From: Tubulanus polymorphus
Lineage: Eukaryota > Animalia > Nemertea
Length of the DNA stretch: 64,000 nt
Reading direction: 5' to 3'
Assembly: GCF_964204645.1 (NCBI RefSeq)
Contig: NC_134033.1
Span: 7,634,655 to 7,698,654, forward strand
Positions 48,147 to 58,855 of this stretch are shown here, piece after piece. The translations under genes and the position numbers were made by a program. A model generated the notes under the pieces. The model ran no database searches, was not told the origin of the DNA, and saw nothing but the letters and a program-made list of their open reading frames with translations. Every line of letters starts with the position of its first letter. Within the stretch, counting starts at the first letter, position 1.

Positions 48147-49274
48147 ATGGGAGGTAAAAAAACTCCTAATACTAAAGAACAATATTTAAGAAATTTATAT
48201 TACAACCCTGAGAGTTCGGTTGCTTATTCTTCTACCAAAAATATATGGCGTCAAGTAAAACAAGATAAATTAGATAAAATAATCCCACAAAATTTAGTTA
48301 AATATAAAGATATAAATGAATTTATGTTAGAACAACCAACATACACAACACATAAAAAAATTGTTAGAAAATATAAAACTCGTAAAACTATGGTAAGTTA
48401 TGTAGATCAACAGTGGCAAGGAGATTTAATTGATATGAAAAATGTTAAGAAAGATAATGATGATTATTGGTGGTTATTGAATATAATTGATATTTTTAGT
48501 CGTTATGTATGGAGTTTCCCACTTTATAGAAAAGATGCTGTACAAACATCAAATGTTTTAAGAAAATTTCTTTCGGATGATAAACTAAAACCAGAAAAAA
48601 TACAATTTGATGATGGAAAAGAGTTTGATAATTCACTTGTTCATGAACTCTTAGATAATCATAATATTAAATATTTTTCAACAAAATCGGATAAAAAAGC
48701 AGCAGTTGTTGAACGATTTAATAGAACATTAAGAACAAGAATGTGGAAATATTTTACAGCAAATAATACTTTTAAATGGATTGATGTTTTACCAAAATTG
48801 ATAGAAGGATATAATAATTCTTATCATTCTTCTATTGGAATGAAACCTATTGATGCTAGAAAACCTGAAAATGCTGAAATTGTTTGGAATAATTTATATG
48901 GAGCATTTCTTGTAGATGATTTTGGTCAACCTAAATTTAAAGTTGGTCAAAATGTTAGAATTTCTAAGTATAAAAAGATATTTGACAAAGGATACGATCG
49001 AAATTTTACTAGAGAAATATATAAAATAAAAAAAGTAATAACAACAAAACCATATGTCTATAAATTAGAAGATTTAAATGGTGAAGAAGTTGATGGGTAT
49101 TTTTACGAAGAAGAATTAAGTTTAACTACTGAAAATCTAGAACAAGAATATAAAATTGAAAAAGTATTAAAAACAAAAACTATTAAAAGAAAAAAATATT
49201 CTTTAGTAAAATGGGTTGGATGGCCAGATAAATTCAATGAATGGATATTATCAAGTAAAATTAAAAATATATAA
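48147..49274 (+). CDS. int: rve integrase with C-terminal chromodomain, intact
   Basis: 375 aa; DDE residues in WQGD, QFDDGKEF and VVERFNRTL; chromodomain YKIEKVLK...YSLVKWVGWPDKFNEWI. Confidence 0.95.
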   Translation: MGGKKTPNTKEQYLRNLYYNPESSVAYSSTKNIWRQVKQDKLDKIIPQNLVKYKDINEFMLEQPTYTTHKKIVRKYKTRKTMVSYVDQQWQGDLIDMKNVKKDNDDYWWLLNIIDIFSRYVWSFPLYRKDAVQTSNVLRKFLSDDKLKPEKIQFDDGKEFDNSLVHELLDNHNIKYFSTKSDKKAAVVERFNRTLRTRMWKYFTANNTFKWIDVLPKLIEGYNNSYHSSIGMKPIDARKPENAEIVWNNLYGAFLVDDFGQPKFKVGQNVRISKYKKIFDKGYDRNFTREIYKIKKVITTKPYVYKLEDLNGEEVDGYFYEEELSLTTENLEQEYKIEKVLKTKTIKRKKYSLVKWVGWPDKFNEWILSSKIKNI

Positions 49275-49737
49275 ATGAATAAAGAATTATTTATATTTGA
49301 GCCTCATAATATGTTAATATCTGGCGTAACAAATTGTGGAAAAACTTATTTTATATTAAATTTATTAGAAACTGTTTATGAAAACTATTTTGATAATATA
49401 GTATTATTTTGCCCAACATATGAATTTAATCAAACTTATGATAGAAATATTACTAGAAATAATAAATTTATTATATTAGATCCTAAAACAGTAAAAGAAA
49501 ATTTAGATAATTGTATAAAAATAGCAATTGATAGTTATAAAGGATCAAATACATTATTCACTGTAGATGATTGCGCAAATTTACATGATTCAAAAGTGAG
49601 AGAAAGTGAGTTATGTTATCTAGCTTTCTCTGGGAGACATTTTGGGATAACAACTTGGGTATTAAATCAAAAATATAATTCAATTGTTAAAGACTTTAGA
49701 GAAAACATTAGATTTCTAGTTTTATTCTATAATAAAT
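49275..49737 (+). pseudogene. Packaging ATPase, Polinton B, 3'-truncated
   Basis: GVTNCGKT, LFTVDD, SGRHFGIT. Homology to A stops after FYNK. Confidence 0.9.
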
Positions 49738-49872
49738 TACCTTAAAATGGTTCTCCCAAGAACCCTGTCAAGAACCATTTGATAATATTGAAGAACCTTT
49801 AGGGGTTCTCCCTGGGAGGCAAGCCCAAGAACCCCTAAAGGTTCTTAGGTAGAACCCTTTGTTCTTTGAGTG
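49738..49872 (-). mobile_element. Terminal fragment of a non-autonomous DNA transposon (CACT-ended, EnSpm-like)
   Basis: The minus strand starts (TA)CACTCAAAG, with repeated and inverted AGAACC/GGTTCT motifs (agaacctttaggggttct...agaacccctaaaggttct). Confidence 0.5.
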
Positions 49873-49874
49873 TA

Positions 49875-51346
49875 CGTATTTTTTACACAGTTTTGGCAAT
49901 TTTCCTTTCTTAACTTTCATGACTTTTAGCCAAACGCGATCAGTAATCTGAAACTGAGGTTTGATGCCTCTTTGTCGAACTGAGTTTTATACTTATTTTG
50001 AGCTCTTCTAATATTTTCGTTAGCGATATTTCGTGATATGACAAGCTGCCTTAAAAACATCTTGACCAAATAACATGTGGTAAGGCCTAAAACCTGAACC
50101 TTCAGTTGAGGGAACATGCCTATAACTCATCATAACACTTGGCATTAGTGTATACCAATAAGTCTGGTCCTGGTTACAGTACGACCTAAGCGACTGCCAA
50201 ATGTACTGGTTAGTTCTCTAGCAAACTGAGTTTGATTGAGGATGGTACGGAGCGGTAAAATGTTGTTTCACGTTAAACAATTCACAGAGAGCTCCAACAA
50301 ACTTAGACATGAATGTTTTACCACGATCAGAGACTAAAGAATGAAGCGTACCAAACCGCGAAAATATCTCTTTAAAGAGAACTTTTGCTACCTCTGTTGT
50401 TTCTTGAGTATTGAGAGGAAACGCCTCGGGCCATTTACTCCAGCTATCTACCACGAGTAAGATATGCTTATTACCATCAGGAGTCTCTGGAAGATTGCAA
50501 AGGAAGTCAATGTGCCATCTGGAGAATAAGCCTTCGATCAGTAATGGTTGTAAGGGTGTTGGATGACTATGATAATTCCGTTTGACCTGTTGGCAATTCT
50601 CACAAGTAGAAACATATTTCCTGCAATCTTCATACATGGAATCCCAATGATATTTATTACGTAAAACACCATAAAGACGATCTCGACCCTGGTCTCAACC
50701 TCCCACTAATGAATCGTGGTAAGATTTCAATATTTCCGACCGTAATGACCTAGGAACTTCAAGAACTGGGATGACCTTCTCGGCTTTAGGAATACCAGTA
50801 ACTCTAGGCGTATACAAATAACGTGCCATCGATCATACCATATTGGTCGGCCCTCCAACTGAGCTTTCGAAACAGTTTTTCAGCGTTGACAGCATATGAT
50901 GGATCTAACTTATGTTCCAACATGTGACAAACTTCGGGGCAATTCATCTGTAAGTGCGTTATATTAGCAGGTTTAATCAGTTCAAACTCCTTATAAGTAT
51001 CAGGAGTTAACTCGGCCACCACGGGGCTAGTATAATCAAACACGACTTCATAAGACTGAGATCCATTTGTCATTGCTGTGAAAACAGTTTCTTGTGAAGG
51101 ATCATCAGGTCTAGGAGGAGGAGGTTTATCATAATCACCTCTACTTAAACCGTCGCAATTGCCATTTTTCTTACCCGGTCGGTGTTCAACAGAAAAATTA
51201 TGTGCTTGAAGAGCCAATTCCCAACGTCTTATACGTTTATTTAGTCGATTTTCATGAATATACGTCAAACTCTTGCTATCAGTATACACAGTGAATTCAT
51301 TTCCAATCAGGTAGGGATGAAAATTCTGAATTCCTTCAATCAGTTC
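49875..51346 (-). pseudogene. Ty3/Gypsy pol remnant (RNase H end, H2C2 zinc finger, integrase core)
   Basis: FHPYLIGNEFTVYTDSKSL...RWELALQ...VEHRPGKKNGNCDGLSR; CENCQQVK; WHIDF...VVDSWSKWPEAFPL...VSDRG...PYHPQSN. Confidence 0.92.
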
Positions 51347-51408
51347 AGATCAGAGGACGAGAGGACGACACACCACTCATCACCACAAGTAATTTTTTCT
51401 TTTAATAA

Positions 51409-51735
51409 ATGGGAGATAGAAAAGCATTCTTAGCGACAATAAACAACAGAATAAAACCAGCAAAAAACAATTTGAAATAAAAAAGGTTAGTTGATGTTAC
51501 AAAAGATATTGAACATAAAATATTAAAATTAGAAAAGATAAAAACTAAATACGGAGAGAAAGTATCAGCAAATTTAAGTTACCGTTATGTTAGTACAACG
51601 CGAGAATTTAAAGTATTTTTACCTGATAAATGGGTTTCATTGAGTATAGAGGAATTATAAGATTTAGAAGGATTTAAAATAATTTACCATGGAAAAAATG
51701 AAGATGGTCATCATGATTTAGAAGTTGTTGATTAA
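51409..51735 (+). pseudogene. Homolog of the 21703 small protein
   Basis: ...KTKYGEKVSANL...KVFLPDKW...*...IIYHGKNEDGHHDLEVVD*; one frameshift and one stop. Confidence 0.7.
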
Positions 51736-51794
51736 AAAAATAAATTGATTATAAAATTAATTGAAGATTAAGAATCCGAAATGACTTATTTAGA

Positions 51795-52030
51795 CGATTC
51801 AATTGATCGAGGCACTGACGAGAACGGTCGATTGCGTTGTGCTATGTACAGTGAGTGCGCGTAACAACAGCTGCGCTTGGATAGATCGACGTGGCGAGGC
51901 ATTGACGAGAACGGTCGATAGCGTACTGCTATATATAGTAGTACAGTCATTGTGTACCAGCTGCGCTCGGATAGATCGATACAGTGAGGCACTAACGAGA
52001 ACGGTTGATAGCGTGTTTGCTATATACACA
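51795..52030. repeat. ~88-bp GC-richer tandem repeat (about 2.7 copies)
   Basis: gaggca(c/t)t(g/a)acgagaacggt(c/t)gat occurs three times. Confidence 0.8.
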
Positions 52031-55000
52031 GAGGAAGGTGACCGCGCACAGATGATCCAGGTTCATTTAATTGTTTAATGAATTAAATATATTTTTGCTT
52101 TTTTAAATCACTCATTACCACAAGTAATTTTTTCCTAATAAATGGGAGAGAGTGAGTACCAGACAGAAAAAAATGGTGTTAATGAAAATCAATATTATTG
52201 TACATATTGTAAAAAATACATTTATAAATCTAATAAATCTCGGCATGAAAAAACTGCAAATCATTAAAAAAATGTTATCGATTTTGAAACTCCAGAAAAT
52301 TGCAATGAAAGAAAAGAACAATTAGAAAATATGAATGTGGATGAAATAAAATGTGAAGTTTGTAATGAATTTATAGCAAAAAGGAATTATAAAAGACATC
52401 TCGAATCGCAACAACACAAAATTTACGAAACAAAATTTTTAACAAAATTTAAGTAATAATGTTTTAGGAACAGGTTATTTTGATGATAACCCTCAACAAG
52501 TAAAAAAACAAGTTTCAAAAACTAAATCTATTTCAAATAAACCTTATATGGAAAATGTTAGATATTATATCGATTCAATAGAAATAAAAGATACAATTGA
52601 AATTTTAGAAACATTACGTAGTAAACTTGGGCCTGCAGCTATTATATTTAGATTTTTTAAAGGAGCAACAAATTGAAATCATGGAAAAAATACTAGATTT
52701 TGTAACAGATGTTGAATATCCAAAAATTATTATTTCTCGAAAAGTAAGTTTCATCAAATCAGAAGTAAAAATGGATTATAATATTCAATCACACTCTGAA
52801 GAAATAAATTCAAAAACACAAATAAAAGAGAAATTAGAAAAAATATCTAATGAATTTAAAAGACATATTGAAGAAAGATATTTTGAGGGTTCTGGTTTAA
52901 CATTGAATGAAATTATATTTTTTGATTTAAATGTTTATAATACAAAAAGGAATAAAGCATCAAAAAGTAAAACAATGTTTAAAAATGATTCAAACTTTAC
53001 AACAGAAAAGGATATTAAAGCATCATCTTATATTAAATTAGCATTTACAACAAAAGCAATTATAAATGTTCAAAATGAAGACAACAAATGTTTTCTGTGG
53101 TCAATTATTAGTTGTTTACATCCAACTCAGGAAAATGTTTGTAGAATAACAGATTACCGGAAATACGAAACATTATTTGAGATTGATCAATATCCAGTAA
53201 CTATAAAAATGATACCTAAAATAGAAAAAGTTAATAATTTAAAAATTAATGTTTTCGAATTAATGCAATTACCAGAGACAAAAGGTGAAAACATTAAAGA
53301 TTATACATTAGAAGCTTTATATTTAACAGAATATTATGATGATGAAAATGTTATAGATTTGTTATATTACATAAAAGATAAAAATGAACATTATATGTGG
53401 TTTGATTTATTCTTTAGAACAGAAAGTGATCATCATAATAAAATGTATCTATGTAGAAAATGTTTATCTAAATTTATGACTGAGAATGCATTATTAAAAC
53501 ATAAAGAATAATGTGATAATGAAGATTTTTGCAAATTAATAATGCCAACAAAAAAAGATTGTAAGTTGAAATCTACTAATTATTTTTTTAAAAATATTGT
53601 TCCATTTGTAATTTATCGGTTCCTGAACTTTGCTGAAAAAGCTGAATCACTGAAACGCTGCAATAAAAACGCTGAAATTTCAGGGAATTTCCGAAAAATG
53701 CCGAAATTTCAGGGAATTCCCGAAAAACGCTGAAATCGTGCTAGGTACCGACAATACACGTTTTGAAATATTTTCCGGGCCGGTGTCCGCTGCCGAGTCC
53801 TGAACTGTGTTTTAGTCTCTACCTTCGGTTACAAAGACATGCATGGACAGTATGTGTGGAGTATACTTCTAGAGGTCCACTTTTTGGACAAATTGATTCG
53901 CTTGAAATCCGGATTTTTAATGCATACAGGCAGCATAATGGGGAAAACACATTCACAAACTGTGCAAGCCAACTTAAACACAATGCTCAATATTCCCTGC
54001 AAGACGCAAAATATCTTATTTGAACGTTCATTTATAAAACATGGAGCAACTTTTCTTTTGTCAACACGTTGATGGGCGACGGACTATGGTATTCTCTGAA
54101 GGAGGTAAATTAAATTTGACAGCTAGTTATATAAATGATGCAGCTTATGGACAAAAGGGATCTAACTAAATTTCTTTTTAATTCACTGTTGAATGGAATG
54201 GAATGGATTGACGCCAATGGCATGCAGTAGGCCCCTACGTATGAGTCATACTAATTAGCGTCAACCAATTAATCTAAATCGGGCAAACCATTCAACCCAA
54301 CAACTGTGAATAATTCATTTGCTGTGGTGTGATAATAATTAGTTTTTTTGAAGAAATGACATACCAACTGTTACAACAATGTACCGATTCTTATTATTAG
54401 ACTACTACTGAATCTATAAAAGGAGGAGTCATAGACAAAGTTGATTTGCTTAGCTGCTGGAGATACTTCTTGTCAAGTACATCATCTCAAGTACTGGGTG
54501 TTTTGTAAGTTTTATTTCAGTATTTATTTACTAAGTGCTGTTCCCTCGGACCTCAGGGCTTTCAAACTAGGCCAACCCCATAGGCTATATAGTCCAGGGT
54601 GTATTAGCCAATATTCTTTTATTTCCTACTTAAATGCACCTTTTTCTATTTTTAGACTCAGGCTTGGAATGTGCAAATTTTTTGAGATACTGAGAAATCA
54701 GCAGGCACCAGTAAACTTCGACTGCGAAATTTGCAGCAGGATAGCTGAACGACACAATTTTTAAAAATAAAATGGCTATTCGAATGCTATTTCAATAATA
54801 ACTTGATTCAACCAGAGAGAAATGAGCCAATTGCGGATGTACAGTACACCCACTTTTCTTCCCTGTTTCCTGGTACCAAATTTTTAGTCTTAAGCTAAGC
54901 GATATTCTAACGGTTCCTGAACTTCGCTGAAAAAGCTGAAACACTGAAACGCTGAAAATAAAACGCTGAAATTTCAGGGAGTTCCAGAAAAACGCTGAAA

Positions 55001-55607
55001 TTTCAGGGAATTCCCGAAAAACGCTGAAATCGTGCTAGGAACCGACGATACACGTTTTGAAAATCTTTCCGGGCCCGGTGTCTGCTGCCGGGTCCTAAAC
55101 CGTGCTTTAGTCTTTACCGATTTTTTTCGGGTTATAGAGATACGCCTACAAGGTCGTTGTCTTCGGCTCCCTTCAACATTTTCAACTGGCATCAGACCAC
55201 AATTGATAGGTTAGTAGCTTGAAAATGCGTATGGCCGGACCCAAAATTTATTCAATCTAGTGTCAATTATAATTGCAAAAGAAAATATTAAAAATTAAAA
55301 TAGAAATAATGGCTAGTTAAAGATATGTAATTTTTAATCGGTTCCTGAACTTCGCTGAAAAAGCTGAAACACTGAAACGCTGAAAATAAAACGCTGAAAC
55401 TTCAGGGAATTCCCGAAAAACGCTGAAATCGTGCTAGGAACCGACGATACACGTTTTGAAAATTTTTCCGGACCCGATGTCTCCTGCCGGGACCTAAACC
55501 GTGCTTTAGTCTTTACCGATTTTTTTCGGGTTATAGAGATACGCCTACAAGGTCGTTGTCTTCGGCTCCCTTCAACATTTTCAACTGGCATCAGACCACA
55601 ATTAATA

Positions 55608-56018
55608 GATGAGAGTAAAGTTTATCTTTTCATTTCCATACCGTTTGTGGGTTTCCCGTCTATTCTATATGCTCAAAAATTAAAGAAACTGTTTAAATCG
55701 AATTTCGAAATAGACCATCAATGCTCATTTGTAACCACTAAGATTAAGAATTTCTGCCTATATAGGTAAAACAAAAAGACACCTAGAAACAAGAGTTAAG
55801 GAGCACAAACTTAAGACTTCAGCAATTGGCCAACATCTATCAAACTGCCGTGACTGTCAGGTCTCGTTTAGCGAAAAGAATTTCAAAATTTTAGATAAAG
55901 GTTCCTCCGATTTAGATTGTAAAATTAGAGAAGCACTTTTTATCAAAACTCAACAGCCCTCCCTTAATCAACAACTATTCGAACACGGTTCAGGATTCAA
56001 TCTCAATGTTTTTAGATA
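55608..56018 (+). pseudogene. Penelope-like element GIY-YIG endonuclease remnant
   Basis: ISIPFVG...KLKKLF ... AYIGKTKRHLETRVKEH...SAIGQHL...NFKIL...IREALFIKTQQPSLNQQ. Confidence 0.85.
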
Positions 56019-56182
56019 ATTAACCACTAGTCAAATATCTTCACTCAGTAATTTAGATTGTGTGTAATTAGTTATCTTTATATTATTGATGTGATGCGTA
56101 TTTTGTTCCCCTCACCTCCGGTAAGACTAAATAAAATACAGATATTGACTATGACGAGGTGCATCTTTTATTTTCTTTACTA

Positions 56183-56216
56183 CAAGACGTTTCGGCCTTC
56201 AAGCCTTCATCAATTG
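56183..56216 (-). ncRNA. Minimal hammerhead-ribozyme-like motif of a Penelope pLTR
   Basis: Minus strand TTGATGA-AGGCT-TGAA-GGCC-GAAAC-GTC, between PLE fragments. The first core base is non-canonical. Confidence 0.4.
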
Positions 56217-56362
56217 AGAATTGAATTAAACGGTTGAAGCAACAATACATGGTTGATAAGGAAACATTAGACGCGCAAATAAAATACAAATATGGTATTT
56301 TCAACATGAGAATGAATGGATTAACAAGTACGAGCTTTCGCAGATATATTATACATAGTACT

Positions 56363-56375
56363 AATAATAATCAAC

Positions 56376-56433
<58 letters not shown>

Positions 56434-56446
56434 TAATAGTAATAAT
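56363..56446. repeat. (AAT)n microsatellite
   Basis: Direct observation. Confidence 0.95.
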
Positions 56447-56559
56447 CATATGAAATACTGACCCAACACTAATAACGATAACAATAATGTACCACAAGCG
56501 ACAACCGATAAAACTATCGAAAACAATGACTATATTGCTACTATTATAAAACAAGAAAT

Positions 56560-57110
56560 TAATTTAGGCAATCTACCTGAAACGGCTGCATCGCTTATCA
56601 ATAATGTACCCAGATGTAGTATATTTTATATACTTCCTAAAATTCACAAACTTAACAATCCTGGCCGACCGATTGTGTCAGCATGTTCTTGCCCGACTGA
56701 AAGAATCTCACACTTTTTAAGTGATCACCTCCAACATATTGTCACCACACTACCATCATATGTAAGGGATACTACCCATTTTCTCAATTTGATTAAGGGT
56801 GTACCTGTTTCCGAAAATACGCTATTATTTACCATGGATGTAAATTCCTTATATACTAACATTCCCCATGCTAATGGCCTCCGTGCCCTCAAATATTACT
56901 TAGATCTTAACCAAAACCCAGTTATACCTACTGTCACTATTTTGCGTCTTGCTGAACTGGTGCTCACAAGAAATTGTTTTGAATTTAATGGTCGTTTTTA
57001 CGACCAAGTATCGGGAGTTAGCGTGGGAACTCGATTTGGGCCTGTTAGCGCTAATACTTTCATGGGGCATCTTGAGAAATGCTTTTTCGATAGCTTCCAA
57101 GGCCCCATAC
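56560..57110 (+). pseudogene. Penelope-like element reverse transcriptase fragment
   Basis: FYILPKIHKLNNPGRPIVS...SYVRDTTHFL...TMDVNSLYTNIP...FEFNGRFYDQVSGVSVGT...ANTFM. Confidence 0.92.
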
Positions 57111-57879
57111 CATGTATTGTCGGTACCTAGCACGATGTCAGTGTTTTTCGGGAATTCCCTGAAATTTCGGCGTTTTTTGGAAATTCCCTGAAATTTCAGC
57201 GTTTTTATTTCAGCGTTTCAGCTTTTCAGTGTTTCAGCTTTTTCAGCGAAGTTCAGGAACCGAATCGTTGAATAAAGAATTCACTGATCAATATAGAAAA
57301 GAAATAAACAACTAAAAGCAATTATTACAATCAATGGACAAAGGCAATGAATTAAATGAAGACATAATTCAAGACCCACCAATTATAAATACAATTAAAA
57401 AAGTTCACCAAAGAGCTGCTGCTTATGGAATTTATATAAAATCAAATTATCCCGAATTATATCAAAGTCAATATATTTCTTTTAGAGGTGAAGATGTAGT
57501 AAATGAATTTTGTAATAAAATAATTGAAATAGAAAATGATTTTGCAAAATTATTAAACAAAAATTAAAGAATAGTTATGACAAAAGAAGATGAAATTGAT
57601 TTTTATTATGCAACTCATTGTTGTTACTGTGAAAAACGTTTTTATTAATTTGATAAAAAAGTTAGAGGTCATGATCATTTAAACTCAAAATATCGTGGAG
57701 CTGCTCTTGAAGATTGCAATTTACAAGCTAAGAAAGTTAATTTCATACCAATATTATTTCATAATTTATCAGGCTATGATACCCATCTATTTATAAAACA
57801 ATTATCAGGAAAATTGGGCGCAATTAATCAAGAAATTGAAGAATATAACTCGACATTATTATCCAAATGAACAAGATTT

Positions 57880-58855
57880 GGCTCAAGTCCATTATAGCAT
57901 TAAATAGTTCCAGCAGAGACTTATCACATTGGACTGGTATTCGGAATTAATCCGCCAATATTAGACCGATTGAATCTTACGACATTACGCCATTGGGACG
58001 TGCGAACATACCGACAAACCGACGAACCGAAAAAACCGACGAACCGACAAACCGACGAACCGACATACCGACGAACCGACAAACCGACGAAACGACAAAC
58101 CGACGAACCGACAAACCGACGAACCGACATACCGACGAACCGACAAACCGACAAATCCGTGCGTGGATTACCCTTATATAAAGTGGCTAGGATCGAGGGG
58201 CTGGGTATGTACCTGGATTACCCTTGTATAAATTGGCTGGGATCGAGGGGCTGGGTATATGCGTGGATTACCCGCCGATTACCCTCATATAAAGTGGCTA
58301 GGATCGAGGGGCTGGGTATATGCGTGGATTACCCGCCGATTTCCCTCATATAAAGTGGCTAGGATCGAGGGGCTGCGTGTATGCATGAATTACCCTTATA
58401 TAAAGTGGCTGGGATCGAGGGGCTGCGTGGTTGCGTGGATTACCCTTATATAAAGTGGCTGGGATCGAGGGGCTGCGTGGTTGCGTGGATTACCCTTATA
58501 TAAAGTGGCTGGGATCGAGGGGCTGTGTGGTGCGTGGATTACCCTTTTATAAAGTGGCCGGGATCGAGGGGCTGTGTGGTTGCGTGGATTACCCTTATAT
58601 AATGTGGCTAGGATCGACGGACAGGGTTTTTCCGTGGATTACCCGTGGCTGGATCGAGGGAATACGAGTTTGTCGGTTTAACGGTATGTCGGTTTGTCGG
58701 TTCGTCGGTTTGTCGGTTTGTCAGTTCGTCGGTTTGTCGGTATGTCGGTTTGTTGGTATGTCGGTTTGTCTTGAAAAGTACGCAGCCGAATTACTCCTTT
58801 TCTAAAAATGTATCCTTGAGCGGGGAACTATTCCACGCTATACTGGACTTGAACC
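57880..58855. mobile_element. Foldback-type non-autonomous DNA transposon (GG ends, 8-bp TSD; Merlin- or MuDR-like)
   Basis: TIRs ggctcaagtccattatagc / gctatactggacttgaacc; TSD caagattt / caagatgt. Inverted arrays of accgac(a/g)a 8-mers flank a 42-51-bp tandem repeat. Confidence 0.8.

Larger units (their letters stand above)
35541..49737 (+). mobile_element. Polinton element B, right end missing
   Basis: Left end AGATCAGAGG...caccactcatcaccacaag is shared with C (51347). Contains pPolB, penton, the membrane block, MCP, integrase and ATPase. The ATPase is cut off at ~49737. Confidence 0.9.
53617..57262. mobile_element. 3.6-kb composite insertion bounded by ~145-bp inverted repeats (CGGTTCCTGAAC...)
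   Basis: Left end at 53617, inverted right end at ~57111-57262, extra direct copies at 54911 and 55339, and gctgaaa subrepeats. It replaces ~10 bp of pPolB (ggggattttg). Confidence 0.7.
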
